From a virus (taxonomy: Duplodnaviria > Caudoviricetes), in the IMG/VR virus record IMGVR_UViG_3300018875_000006, positions 1 through 63,484 of that record: DNA of 63,484 nucleotides; one strand, written 5' to 3'. Of the stretch, positions 29,225-38,732 are shown piece by piece. Position 1 is the stretch's first letter; each line of letters begins with the position of its first letter. Both the position numbers and the translations under genes were made by a program. A model generated the notes under the pieces. That model was not told where the DNA came from. It saw only the letters and a program-made list of their open reading frames with translations, and made no database searches.

Positions 29225-29682
29225 GACGCGCTGGCGTCTTGTTCCCGTGTGGTGTCAACCTGCTCCCGCATGCCGCGGGCAGCATTGACGATGTCGTCCC
29301 AGTCGAGCAGTCGGTCCAGGCCGAGCGCGTCGGTCAGGTTGGCCTTGCGCAGCTCCTCAATGGCGTAGCGCTTGTCCATGAACGCCTTGAGCTTTTCCTC
29401 GGCTCGCATGGCTCGCTCGTTCGCGCGAGGCGTTTCGGCCTGTTCCTCCGCTTCACCGAGGTAGGCGGTGAGGTCGTTCGCCGGGATATCGACGGCCTCC
29501 TCGAAGACGAGGACGGCGCGGGCGCCGATTTTTTTGGCGATGCTCTCGAACTGGTCGACGGGCTCGGGCTGGTCGGACCCGAGGATGTAGCGCTGCGGCA
29601 CATACTGGTCGACGACGAGGACGAACGGCGGCCGGTCGTCGTTGGCGCCTTCGGGGAGTTCGAGTATCTGCAGGCGCGCCAT
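29221..29682 (-). CDS. Hypothetical protein
   Basis: Coupled ORF with phage-like codon usage. Confidence 0.72.
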   Translation of the reverse strand: MARLQILELPEGANDDRPPFVLVVDQYVPQRYILGSDQPEPVDQFESIAKKIGARAVLVFEEAVDIPANDLTAYLGEAEEQAETPRANERAMRAEEKLKAFMDKRYAIEELRKANLTDALGLDRLLDWDDIVNAARGMREQVDTTREQDASAS

Positions 29683-29870
29683 CAGCCGGTCACCGCCTTG
29701 GGCTCCTCGACGAGAACGATGCTGAGAACGTTCCCCTCCGGGACGTAGGCGACCACGCGGCCGTTGGCGTCGTGGAAGCGGTAGTCGTCTCCGTCGATGC
29801 TCTTGTCGACCCTGGCGGCGTGAACGGTCTCCTCGTCGCCGGTGAGGTAGTTGATCGTGTAGCGGGCCAT
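29682..29870 (-). CDS. Small hypothetical protein
   Basis: MARYTINYLTGDEETV...; GAAAGG RBS. Confidence 0.7.
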   Translation of the reverse strand: MARYTINYLTGDEETVHAARVDKSIDGDDYRFHDANGRVVAYVPEGNVLSIVLVEEPKAVTG

Positions 29871-29895
29871 GGGCGCGGGCCTTTCGTGTCGGGGG

Positions 29896-30441
29896 TCAGG
29901 TGCGGCGGCTCCACCACCACACGCCGAGCGTGTCACCGCGCATCGACTCGACCCGGCCGCCGAGTTTGGCAAGGACGGAGTCCATGTCGTTGGCGTCCCA
30001 GTGGTGGACGTGCTCTTCGTGGGGGTTGCCGTCGACTTCGCCCTGTGGGGCTTCGACGATCGGCAGGCTGACGAGGATGTTCCACGCCCCGGCCGCCTCC
30101 GCCTTGCGCAGCAGGTCGATGGCGTCTCCGCGGGCCATGTGCTCCAGGACGTCACCGAAAATCACGAGGTCCCGATAGAACAGGTGGTCGGATGCGACGC
30201 GGGCATCGAGGTTGTGCACCTCGTCGTACATGTCCTTGCGCTTGGCCGTGTTCTTCAGCCCGTACTTGCGGATGTAAGGCTTGTGGACCTCGATGGCCGT
30301 CCACCACACGCCGTGGTGTGCGGGCCGGAACAGCTTGGCGTAGGTGCCTTCGCCGGGGCCGACGTCGCACACAGTGTCGGGGCGGGCATGCTTGAACCGT
30401 GCCAGGGACCAGTCCTTACCCTCGGCGATGCTGGTCGGCAT
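29896..30441 (-). CDS. Class I SAM-dependent methyltransferase (non-DNA type)
   Basis: DVGPGEG motif I and GDVLEH; no DPPY or PC motif. Confidence 0.85.
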   Translation of the reverse strand: MPTSIAEGKDWSLARFKHARPDTVCDVGPGEGTYAKLFRPAHHGVWWTAIEVHKPYIRKYGLKNTAKRKDMYDEVHNLDARVASDHLFYRDLVIFGDVLEHMARGDAIDLLRKAEAAGAWNILVSLPIVEAPQGEVDGNPHEEHVHHWDANDMDSVLAKLGGRVESMRGDTLGVWWWSRRT

Positions 30442-30450
30442 GGTGGTCTC

Positions 30451-30768
30451 CTAATAGACGGTGAGCATTCCTGCCCGGTAGACGGGCGCCTCGGTGCCTG
30501 CCGCCCACGTCAGCCACACCCGGTAGTCGCCGGGCACCAAAGTGACGGCGCCGCCGTTCGGGCCGACGAGGATCCGAGCGTGCGGCGCGGCCCACTCCCC
30601 TGTCAGCCAGTCCTCGGCGGCGGGATTGTCGGTGATCGATGCAGCCAGGAAAGCAAACTTGGGCGGGGCGGCCAGGGTGATGGCACTGCCTGCAGCCATC
30701 GATACGGCGGTGACTCGCACGTACTCGGTGCTGGCGGCGGCTATCTCCACGGCCGGCTCACCACCCAT
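30451..30768 (-). CDS. Putative virion Ig-like protein
   Basis: Beta-rich, PGDYRVWL motif; start uncertain. Confidence 0.6.
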   Translation of the reverse strand: MGGEPAVEIAAASTEYVRVTAVSMAAGSAITLAAPPKFAFLAASITDNPAAEDWLTGEWAAPHARILVGPNGGAVTLVPGDYRVWLTWAAGTEAPVYRAGMLTVY

Positions 30769-31574
30769 CCGCTCGATGGAGTTCCGACGAGGGTGTCAAT
30801 GTCGGTGATCAGGTCGGCGTCACCGGATGCGGTGGCGTGGGTGTCGAGGTTGCCGCTGCCGGTTGCGTAGTACACGGCTCGGGCTGTCGCCGAGGTGTTC
30901 GTGTCGAGGCTGCCGAAGCCGACGCCGACAGCGGTGTGCTGTGCGGCGGCGGTGACGGTGACGTCGAGTCCGCCGGAGCCTGTCCCGTTGTGGGTGGCGC
31001 CATTGGCGAGGGTGTTGAAAAGGTCGAATTCGGCGTAGTCGGCTGTGCCGGCGTCGCGGTGGGCGCTCATGTCGAGTGCGCACGTGTCGACCGCGGCGGT
31101 GATCCATGCCGGAGTGGCGAGGGTGCGCCGGTTCGTCCATGTGGTGCCGTCGGGTGATGTGTCCCAGTAGAGGTTGGTGCCGTCCTCGCGCAGGCGCAGG
31201 AACGCGTGCGCGACCGGGTCGAAGGCGATCTCGACGGCCGCCGGGTCGAAGTAGCCGCTGTCGGACTGCATCCGCAGCAGGCTGCCGACGGCCTTCACGG
31301 TGAACCCTACGCGGGTGCCCGCGTTGTCGCCGTTGACGAGGACGCCGCAGTACGCCTCGGTCGCGCCGGCAGGGGACGGCACGGTGACGACCTTCACGAA
31401 GAAGCTCGCACCGGCCATCGTCCAGCTGTACGCGGTCTGGTAGCCGGCGAACCCGGTCGTGCAGGGCACACGGGCCCGGCCGCCTGTCTCCGTGACGCCG
31501 CCGTAGCTGTTGCCCCAGTCGGGTGCGATCGCGCCGTCGTTGAAGTTGTCGATCAGGGTAGACAGGCTGGGCAC
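30741..31574 (-). CDS. Putative virion lectin/beta-propeller-like protein
   Basis: FLRLRED...YWDTSPDGTTW Asp-box-like motif; Thr/Ala/Gly-rich tail. Confidence 0.65.
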   Translation of the reverse strand: MPSLSTLIDNFNDGAIAPDWGNSYGGVTETGGRARVPCTTGFAGYQTAYSWTMAGASFFVKVVTVPSPAGATEAYCGVLVNGDNAGTRVGFTVKAVGSLLRMQSDSGYFDPAAVEIAFDPVAHAFLRLREDGTNLYWDTSPDGTTWTNRRTLATPAWITAAVDTCALDMSAHRDAGTADYAEFDLFNTLANGATHNGTGSGGLDVTVTAAAQHTAVGVGFGSLDTNTSATARAVYYATGSGNLDTHATASGDADLITDIDTLVGTPSSGWVVSRPWR

Positions 31575-31586
31575 CGGCGCCTCCGA

Positions 31587-31979
31587 TCAGGATGACGTCC
31601 AGGTCCAGCCGCCCGCGGCGACCCGGAACTCGTCGCCGGCCGAGACGGTCTTCGGCGCGTCGAACAGCCCGTAGGACCAACGGACGGGGGTGCCGGCGGA
31701 GTCCCAGATCTCCCAGCCGACAACCGTGCACGCGGGCATCCCGGTGAACGACAGGTCAGCACTGTTGGACACGGACCCGTTGACCGCGGCAGCGACGGTG
31801 AGCGTCTTCCGGCTGTAGGAGCCGCCGGTAACCTCGGTGCCCTCGGTCGCATCGGTGCCGTTCGCGGTGGTCAGCGCCATCCGCAGCGGCAGTGTGGGCC
31901 CGGTCGCCGCCGTCCCGAAAAGCCAGTCCGTGACCCGATTCTCGGCGGTGTTCGTCAGGTTGTCCGCGATGGGACTCAC
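31587..31979 (-). CDS. Putative fibre/decoration protein
   Basis: GTEVTGGSYSR...SNSADLSF motif seen in phage fibre-like proteins. Confidence 0.68.
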   Translation of the reverse strand: MSPIADNLTNTAENRVTDWLFGTAATGPTLPLRMALTTANGTDATEGTEVTGGSYSRKTLTVAAAVNGSVSNSADLSFTGMPACTVVGWEIWDSAGTPVRWSYGLFDAPKTVSAGDEFRVAAGGWTWTSS

Positions 31980-32033
31980 CCCCTTGTGGAAGCCCCGCCG
32001 TCCGGGACGGGGGTGGCACGGACGGCGGGACGA

Positions 32034-32282
32034 TCAGGCGGCGCGGCGGCTCGGGGTCATCGAGCGGCGGAGGTAGTAGCTGGTCCCCTCCGGCGGCACT
32101 GCCCTAGCCGCAGGGTCACGCACATCTCTGCGACCGCTCCATTCGCAGGGGAGCATCGAGCTCTCCTCCAACAGCATCAGCTGATCCAGCTCGGCTCCTG
32201 TGAAGGTCGCTTTGACCAGCTGCCGGAAGCGGGCGGCAAGAATGCCCTTGGGGCGCCAGCCGCAGGCTTCGCAAGAGTCCAT
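32034..32282 (-). CDS. Hypothetical protein
   Basis: GAGGAGG RBS; CEAC motif. Confidence 0.5.
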   Translation of the reverse strand: MDSCEACGWRPKGILAARFRQLVKATFTGAELDQLMLLEESSMLPCEWSGRRDVRDPAARAVPPEGTSYYLRRSMTPSRRAA

Positions 32283-32295
32283 GGCGGTCACCTCC

Positions 32296-32523
32296 TCAGG
32301 CGGCGCGGGCGCCGGCGGGCAACGGTGGCGGCTTGCCGGGCTCCAGCAGCTCGCGCGTGTACTCGTCGCGGCGCGCCTTCGGCAGGTCGAAGACGAGGTA
32401 GCCCGCGGTCTTGCCGCGGCCGGTCTTGCTGATGCGACCTTCGGAGGCCCAGCGCCAGATGGTGCCGACGGGCACGCCCGCGTAGTAGGCGGCGTCGGAG
32501 GCGGATACGTAGCCGGGGGGCAT
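32296..32523 (-). CDS. MerR/Xis-like HTH DNA-binding protein
   Basis: SASDAAYYAGVPVGTIWRWASEGRI. Confidence 0.78.
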   Translation of the reverse strand: MPPGYVSASDAAYYAGVPVGTIWRWASEGRISKTGRGKTAGYLVFDLPKARRDEYTRELLEPGKPPPLPAGARAA

Positions 32524-32685
32524 GGTCACCTCCCCTGGAAATGGCGAGAGGCCCACCGATGTGGCGGGCCTCAAAGCGCACGAAGGCTATCTGAGCAGAT
32601 CTTGGCTTCGCTCCTGCTGATCTGTCAAGTCCTCAACTACCTCAGTAGTCGACTTCAGGGCTCGTGGTAGCTGGGGATCAGAGGG

Positions 32686-32988
32686 TCAGCTCCACTGCCA
32701 GGTCTGGTTGGCTCGCGCGGCGCGGTGCGCCGCAGAGGCGATGAGCGAGGCCAGTGTGCCCCATTCCGGGTCCATGGTTCGGTGCGCGGCGGCCTTGGTG
32801 AGGAGGTCCCCGATGCGGCCGGCTTGCGCGGGCGGGATGGCGACGGGGACGGCGAGCCGGCCGTCGAAGAGGTGCGCTACCTCCCGCCATTCGCTGCTGG
32901 TGAGGGCGTGGGCGAGGTGCTGGCCGAGGTTGGCGATGGTCGTCGCGGAGCGGGTGGAGGTGAGGCCGTGGCTGATGAAGATTCCCAA
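32686..32988 (-). CDS. Hypothetical protein
   Basis: GC3-rich ORF in minus-strand operon. Confidence 0.7.
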   Translation of the reverse strand: MGIFISHGLTSTRSATTIANLGQHLAHALTSSEWREVAHLFDGRLAVPVAIPPAQAGRIGDLLTKAAAHRTMDPEWGTLASLIASAAHRAARANQTWQWS

Positions 32989-32997
32989 GGAGGGCTC

Positions 32998-33462
32998 CTA
33001 GAGGTTGCGGCTGTCGGCGAGTTGGGCGGCGCGGTCGAGCTGAAGGAGGACGGGTGCGGCGCCGGGCTGGCGGGCGTTCCAGGCGGGGATGGTGTGGTCG
33101 CCGAAGTCGCGTTCGATCGACTCGAGCAGGAGCACGCACGCGTCGTCGGCCTGCCCGCGGGTGTGGGCGGTGCGGCGGATGGCGTGGATGGGGCAAACGG
33201 CGCCGGCCTCGTCGTAGGCGGCGTCGCGGCACCAGCCCGCGGTTTCGATGAGGACGCGGGCCCGGTGCAGCAGCTGGGCGACCGGGGTGGTGTAGGGGCT
33301 GGGGGTCGGCTGCGGGGTGTCAACGGGGATGCGGATGATGTCGGCCAGGTCGACGGGGGTGGTGTCGATGCGGGCGTCGATGGCGAGGGCGGCGAGGGTG
33401 AGGCGCTCCTCGAAGGTGAGCGGCTTCGGCGGGCTTGCCGCGGGGGCAGTGATCGTGATCAT
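32998..33462 (-). CDS. Hypothetical protein (DUF6197-like)
   Basis: LIETAGWCR...CPIHAIR...IPAWN motif. Confidence 0.72.
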   Translation of the reverse strand: MITITAPAASPPKPLTFEERLTLAALAIDARIDTTPVDLADIIRIPVDTPQPTPSPYTTPVAQLLHRARVLIETAGWCRDAAYDEAGAVCPIHAIRRTAHTRGQADDACVLLLESIERDFGDHTIPAWNARQPGAAPVLLQLDRAAQLADSRNL

Positions 33463-33547
33463 GTGGGGGTGCCCTTCTGCGCTGTCGTGGTCGGGTGGCG
33501 GGGCGCCCCTGGTCGCTTCCAGGCATTCGAGGGGCGCCCCGGGCCAG

Positions 33548-33715
33548 CTAGCCGCGCTGGCGGCGCATTTCGGCGGCGATATCGTCGTGCGTGGCTCCCG
33601 CTTCGAGAGCCCGGCGCATCGCCTCCATCGGGAGGCTCGGGTCGGTGAGCGCTGCGGGCCCGCCGTGCGCGAGAACTTCGCGGGCGGCTTCCTTCACTGC
33701 TTGCCGTCGATCCAT
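33548..33715 (-). CDS. Small hypothetical protein (55 aa, not in ORF track)
   Basis: GAAAGGA RBS; MDRRQAVKEAAREVLAHGGPAALTDP... Confidence 0.65.
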   Translation of the reverse strand: MDRRQAVKEAAREVLAHGGPAALTDPSLPMEAMRRALEAGATHDDIAAEMRRQRG

Positions 33716-33760
33716 CTCGGTTCCTTTCAGGTGACGGTCGTGTCTGGGTTGGGTTGGTGG

Positions 33761-34171
33761 TCAGACGCGCCAGCTTCCGAGGCGGCGGCGGGTGCGGGGG
33801 TTGGATCCGTCGGCGACCTGCTTCTCCAGGGCGCGCAGTTCGGCTTCGTCGAGGACGCCTTCGTAGTTGCCGCCGAGCGGCCCGGCGACCTGCGGGGCGG
33901 GGGCGGCGATGTTGCGGACGCCGCGCGGGGGCTGCTCGTAGACGGTGCCTTCCTGGGCGAGGAGCCCGGAGGCGGAGAGGTGGCTGGTCATCCACTCGCC
34001 GGTGATCGGTGACCGCCGGTCGAAGGTGTGGGCGGAGTAGAGCTGGCTGTCCTCGTAGGGGGCGATGTTCCGGGCGACGTTGCGGAGGGTGTAGACGGTC
34101 TTGCCCTTGCTGAGCCAGCGGTTGAGTTCCTTGGCGCCCTTCTTGGTGGGCTCCCAGCTGCGTCCGGCCAT
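33761..34171 (-). CDS. Hypothetical protein
   Basis: AGGAG RBS; GC3-rich ORF. Confidence 0.75.
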   Translation of the reverse strand: MAGRSWEPTKKGAKELNRWLSKGKTVYTLRNVARNIAPYEDSQLYSAHTFDRRSPITGEWMTSHLSASGLLAQEGTVYEQPPRGVRNIAAPAPQVAGPLGGNYEGVLDEAELRALEKQVADGSNPRTRRRLGSWRV

Positions 34172-34290
34172 GATCGGTCTCCTGTCTGGTGTGTGGTGAG
34201 GTTTGCCCAGCTTTGGGCGGTTCGGTAGGCGGTCGGCACCCAGTCGGTGCCTCTTTTGCGGTGGTTTGCGGCGTGGTCGAGGCGGGGTCT

Positions 34291-34386
34291 ACCCGGTCGG
34301 GCGACCGGGTGCGAGGCGGGCCCGACCGGGAGACATACCGGGTGATATCGGGGCGAGACCACGCACTGACCGGGTCTCGACCGGGT
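34291..34386. repeat. clt-like array of 8-mer repeats (GACCGGGT / ACCCGGTC)
   Basis: Copies at 34303, 34324 (GACCGGGA), 34336 (TACCGGGT), 34368, 34379, inverted copy at 34291; starts 9 bp past the translocase stop. Confidence 0.65.
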
Positions 34387-34394
34387 GATATGCC

Positions 34395-36455
34395 CTACTT
34401 TCCGAGAGCTTCGGCGAGCTGCTCGCGGGTGTAGCCGTTCGGGTTGGTCATGCCGTCGAGCGCGCCGAGCTTGCGCGTGCCACCCGCCTTGGCGTCCCGC
34501 AGGCGGGCCTGCAGAACAGGCTCGGTCAGCCCCTGGTAGCGGTCGGGCCGGTGCGCGATCAGCAGTTTCAGAAGCCGCGGGGTGCGGGCCCTGTCCACGT
34601 TGGCGGAGTCGAGGACGGCGAGGCAGTCGGCCAGCAGGTCCTTGTGCCCGGTTGCCGCCCGGTCGGCCTTGCCGTAGTGGGCGGCGAACCCGGTGAGGGT
34701 GCCGGCGTCAATGCGGAGCTGCCGGCCGCGCATGCAGATCTCTCGGAACTCGGGGATCGTCATGAAGTCGGTCTTGAGGGTGACGTGGCCTTCCTCGCCG
34801 CCCTGGTCGAGGACGACGACGCCCTTCTGCGAGTCGAGCAGCATGTGGGGCGCGGCACCTGCGGCGACCGCGTCGTCACCGAGGACCATCCGGGAGCTGG
34901 CGGCGCCCTTGACGCGGAAGCAGGCGCGCTTACGGCAGACGTCGCGCAGCATGGTCGGCACGCTGGTGGCGTCCGGGCGCTGGGTGATGAACAGGCCCAT
35001 GCCGCCCACGTACCGGCTGACGCGCACGAACCGGGCCATCGTCTCGACGAGGACGTCCTTTCCGTTCCGGCCGCGGTCCTTGGCGTCCGGGTCGTCCTCC
35101 GTCTTGATCTTCATCATGGCGGCGGCGTCCAGGAGCTCCTGCAACTCATCCACGATCAGCAGGGTCAGGCCGCGCTTCCACTCCTTCGCCAGCTCCGGGG
35201 TGAGCTTGCCCTCGGGGCAGCGCTCCGGATGCTCCTCCGACAGCTGCTCCAGGCGCTCACCGATCTGCTGCATGTCGGCGATCAGCTCGTTGAGCAGGCC
35301 GAGGAAGGCGAGGATCTTCTCCGGGGTGTTGCCCGCGACGTAAGAGTGGGCGAACTGCTTGGTCCCCACCCAGTCCGGGCCGGCCTTGCCGGTGGCGACG
35401 TGGACGGTCATGTACGGGTCGAGCGCAGCGGCGGCAGTCACCAGGCGGGCCAGGAAGGACTTGCCGTAGTCGGGCAGGCCGCCCAGCAGGATGGAGCACC
35501 ACACCAGCTCAAGAGCGTGCCGCGCTCCGCGGGCGTCGGTTCCCAGTGGCACCCCGTACTGCCAGAAGTCCAGGCGGTCCGCGGTGAGCAGCGGCGAGGG
35601 CACCGGCTTGGAGCCGTAGGGGTTGGGCTCGTTCGCCACCCACAGCACCACCTGCCCCTCGTGGCCGTCTTCGGAGGTGTCGGCACGCATCTCGATCTGG
35701 GACTTCTTGACCCGCATCGACGAGGCCAGTTCTTCGGCGCGGGAGGTGGCGGCGGAGGCCTTCATGCCGCGGGGCAGTTCGATCGTGGCGGTCCATCCGG
35801 GCCCGGCCGGCTGGATGATGCCGACGATGTGAGTCTCCTCGCGTTGCGCTTCGGTGATGATCCCGGCCTTGATGAGCGCCGTCACCAGGTCGGCTTCGCC
35901 GCGGATCTGGGCTGCGTCCCGCGGGGCGACCGGGTCCTCAGGCGACTCGACCGCGTCGTGCTGGTCGCGGTCGCGGCCGTGGAAGGCTCCGATCCCCCAG
36001 GTGCCGAGGAGCGCGAGCGCGTCGATCCACAGGCTGCCGGTGACCGCTCCGAAGCCGACTCCCCCGGCGACCGCCCCGGCGACCCCGGCGGTCTTGGTCG
36101 CGAAGGTCTTGCGGTGCTGCTTGTACTCCGCGCGGTAGCCGTCGGCGAGCTTCTTGAAGTGGGCCGCCTGGCCGATGTCGCCGGCCGCGTCGCGCACGGC
36201 CCGGTCGGCGTCGGCGATCAGCTGCGGGTAGTGGTCGTGGTAGCGCTCCAGCCAGCGGCGGCCGAGCTGTCGGTAGCCGCGGACGGTGTGCGGGAGCAGG
36301 GCCAGGCGGGCGACCCGGTTGGTGCGGGCTGCGACGGTGCGGGCGGACTCGACCCACGTCGGCCGGCCGGGCTCGGCCTGGTCCTTGTAGACGGGGGTGG
36401 CGGGCGGCGGGACGAGCGTCAGGGTGGGGCGCTCGTCGGGCAGAGGGGTAGCCAT
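34395..36455 (-). CDS. FtsK/SpoIIIE-family DNA translocase, TraB-like
   Basis: N-terminal TM pair, GLPDYGKS Walker A, LLIVDE Walker B, TQRP, C-terminal winged-helix-like domain. Confidence 0.85.
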   Translation of the reverse strand: MATPLPDERPTLTLVPPPATPVYKDQAEPGRPTWVESARTVAARTNRVARLALLPHTVRGYRQLGRRWLERYHDHYPQLIADADRAVRDAAGDIGQAAHFKKLADGYRAEYKQHRKTFATKTAGVAGAVAGGVGFGAVTGSLWIDALALLGTWGIGAFHGRDRDQHDAVESPEDPVAPRDAAQIRGEADLVTALIKAGIITEAQREETHIVGIIQPAGPGWTATIELPRGMKASAATSRAEELASSMRVKKSQIEMRADTSEDGHEGQVVLWVANEPNPYGSKPVPSPLLTADRLDFWQYGVPLGTDARGARHALELVWCSILLGGLPDYGKSFLARLVTAAAALDPYMTVHVATGKAGPDWVGTKQFAHSYVAGNTPEKILAFLGLLNELIADMQQIGERLEQLSEEHPERCPEGKLTPELAKEWKRGLTLLIVDELQELLDAAAMMKIKTEDDPDAKDRGRNGKDVLVETMARFVRVSRYVGGMGLFITQRPDATSVPTMLRDVCRKRACFRVKGAASSRMVLGDDAVAAGAAPHMLLDSQKGVVVLDQGGEEGHVTLKTDFMTIPEFREICMRGRQLRIDAGTLTGFAAHYGKADRAATGHKDLLADCLAVLDSANVDRARTPRLLKLLIAHRPDRYQGLTEPVLQARLRDAKAGGTRKLGALDGMTNPNGYTREQLAEALGK

Positions 36456-36461
36456 GGCGGG

Positions 36462-37811
36462 TCAGTCCTCCTGCTTCTTGGCTGCGTTCAGGCGGCGCTT
36501 CGTCTCGCCGTGGAGGCGGCGCGCGACAGGGTGGAATCGGGGTGTGTCGCCGGGCTTCCGGACGGGCGGAGTGGGCTTGTACGAGGACCGTCGTGCGGGC
36601 GCCTTAACTTGGATCGCACGCTGGGCGTTCATGGTCTTGCCGAGGGTGTTCACGGGGGCGCCAGTAAGGGCTGCTTCGACGCGCTTCTCGGCGGAGCGGC
36701 GGGCGGTGATGGACTCGATCGTCTCGCCCGGGTCGCAGCCCTTGATGTTGCGGTAGGCGCGCGTCCACACGGCGTCGTCGTCGGGGGTCGATCCGACCGC
36801 CGCAGCGATCTTCACGGCCTCCTTCCACACGTCCTCGAACTCCCGCTGACGCTCCGCCGCGAGCCGCTGCCGTTCTGCCTCGGCAGCCTTCTTCGTGGCG
36901 GCTTCCTCGGCGGCGCGCCGCTTCTCCTCCGCAGCCCTCTCCTTGGCTGCCGCAGCCTCGGCCTTGCGCTGCGCGCGGCGCTCCCGCCAGGTCGGCTTGC
37001 CGTCCCGCTTGCGGATGCGGCCGTGCTCGTGGAGGTCCCACATACCGGGGCCAGCCACCGAGGCGAGGGCAGTGCCGAAGGCGGTCGCCGCGTCGAACGC
37101 TTCGAGGCCGTGGACGATGTTGATCGTGGCGGCGGTGAGGGCTCCCGCCCATGCAACGAGCCGGTAGTGCCAGTGGGCACGGCCCGCCGTGACCGCGGCC
37201 GCCGCGCCAACGAGGGCGACGAGCGCGATCACCTCAATGAACACGGGGGCGACGAGCAGGTACTCGGCGTTCGGGTCATAGAAGGCGGCCATCTGGACGG
37301 GCAGGGCCACGCCGGCGCACAGGGCGTAGAAGGCCATCGCGACGCGACGCCAGCGCGTGCTGGACTTCTCGACCGCCTCGCTCTTGCTGGCCTCGGCTTG
37401 CTGCTCCTCCTCGGCCTTACGGGCGGCGTCGGCGCGGGCCCGGTCGGCTTCGTCGCGGCGCCGGTTGTGCTCGGCGATCCGCGCCTCGGAAGCGGCGGCC
37501 TCCTCGGCGGCCTTGCGCTCGGCACGGTCGTTGGCGAGGCGCAGCTTGCGCGCCTCCTCCTCCGCCTTGACGCGGATCGCGTCCGCCTGGGCCTCGGCCT
37601 TGAGCCTCTGCTCCTCTGCCTCGGCCCACGCCTTGGCGCGGATCGCTTCGGCCTTGGCCTGAGCGACGAGGTCGCTGTCGATCTGCGGCGTACTGGCCAG
37701 GGAGGACGGTGCGGTCTCCGCGGTGGGGGTGGCCTCTATGGGCTGCCAGTCCCCCAGCACGGGCGGGGCGGGCGGCCTCTCGTGGCCGTTCACCTGCGGG
37801 CTGGCAGTCAT
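36462..37811 (-). CDS. SpdB2/DUF2637-like multi-TM coiled-coil protein
   Basis: Coiled coil, four TM helices, coiled coil, basic tail; directly upstream of translocase. Confidence 0.72.
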   Translation of the reverse strand: MTASPQVNGHERPPAPPVLGDWQPIEATPTAETAPSSLASTPQIDSDLVAQAKAEAIRAKAWAEAEEQRLKAEAQADAIRVKAEEEARKLRLANDRAERKAAEEAAASEARIAEHNRRRDEADRARADAARKAEEEQQAEASKSEAVEKSSTRWRRVAMAFYALCAGVALPVQMAAFYDPNAEYLLVAPVFIEVIALVALVGAAAAVTAGRAHWHYRLVAWAGALTAATINIVHGLEAFDAATAFGTALASVAGPGMWDLHEHGRIRKRDGKPTWRERRAQRKAEAAAAKERAAEEKRRAAEEAATKKAAEAERQRLAAERQREFEDVWKEAVKIAAAVGSTPDDDAVWTRAYRNIKGCDPGETIESITARRSAEKRVEAALTGAPVNTLGKTMNAQRAIQVKAPARRSSYKPTPPVRKPGDTPRFHPVARRLHGETKRRLNAAKKQED

Positions 37812-37900
37812 GGCTGATCAGTCCTCTCTGCTCTAGCTGGCGGTGCCTTGGGGGCGGCGGCTGTCGTCGGTGCGGGCGCCGTGCGCGCGGTCGGCGGCCA

Positions 37901-38110
37901 TCAGGCGGCGCTCGCGGGCGCCGGGGCGGGGGCGGGCTGGTGTCGCCACCAGGCGATGAGGCCGGCGGCCAGCCAGACGGGCACGGGGATGAGGCTGAGG
38001 ATCACGGCGGCCCCGGCGGCGGCGAGCTTGAGCGGTGTCGCGGCGGCCGGCCACAGGCCGACGGTGATCAGGAAGGCTGCGAGCAGCAGTCAGCGGATGA
38101 GACGGATCAT
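37901..38110 (-). pseudogene. Small membrane protein with in-frame TGA at codon 7
   Basis: GAGG RBS; MIRLIR*LLLAAFLITVGLWPAAA...IAWWRHQPAPAPAPASAA. Confidence 0.6.
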
Positions 38111-38201
38111 GGCGACCTCTTCGGGGGGCGGATTCGGATGGGGGTGGTGCTGGCCGGATCTCCAGGGCGCACGCGCTGTGTCGTGCGCCGAGGGCTACCG
38201 G

Positions 38202-38714
38202 TCAGCGAGGGCCGTGACCGCGGGCGAACTCGGCGGCGGCGACCAGCAGGTCCCGCACCTCGCCCCAGGCGCGGCCCCGCTTCGACACCCACGCGCCGTG
38301 GGAGACGAACGGCGCCCCGGTGTACGCGCGGAGCAGCGCGCCCATCACGCGGTCGGCGGCGGCCGCCGTGTCCTGGTCGCCGGCCGAGCCCTGCACCCGG
38401 CCCATCGCGACCGACAGGGTCAGCGAGCCCCGGTCCGCCGACCAGTCCCGCGCGACCCGCAGCAGGCTGAGCAGCATGGCCTTCACCGACATCGACTCGT
38501 CGGCCTCCGGCATCTCCGGGTCCGGGTCGCCGAACGTGCGGGACCAGCCGCGCTTCTCCAGAAGCTCGCGGGCCGCGTCCAGGTGCTCGGCGACCTCCTC
38601 GCCGTACACCGGCTCGCCGGAGTATCCGACCCAGAAGCCGGGCTCGGCCGCGACGATCTCGGCGGCGGCAGCCATCACGGCCGGCTCAGTCAGCGAACGG
38701 ATTGCGGTGGTCAT
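38202..38714 (-). CDS. Hypothetical protein (DUF6197-like)
   Basis: HLDAARELLEKRGWSR...W...GRAWGEVRDLL. Confidence 0.7.
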   Translation of the reverse strand: MTTAIRSLTEPAVMAAAAEIVAAEPGFWVGYSGEPVYGEEVAEHLDAARELLEKRGWSRTFGDPDPEMPEADESMSVKAMLLSLLRVARDWSADRGSLTLSVAMGRVQGSAGDQDTAAAADRVMGALLRAYTGAPFVSHGAWVSKRGRAWGEVRDLLVAAAEFARGHGPR

Positions 38715-38732
38715 GGGGTGTCCTCTCAAAGC

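Noticed and set aside
34551-37817. 1088-aa plus-strand ORF and other long antisense ORFs (e.g. 58037..60046, 25724..27610, 49019..50608)
   Set aside because: Shadow frames opposite well-supported genes, expected in high-GC DNA, with no motifs
38090-38092. Selenocysteine or genome-wide TGA recoding
   Set aside because: TGA is the normal stop for most genes here and no SECIS-like context was recognised
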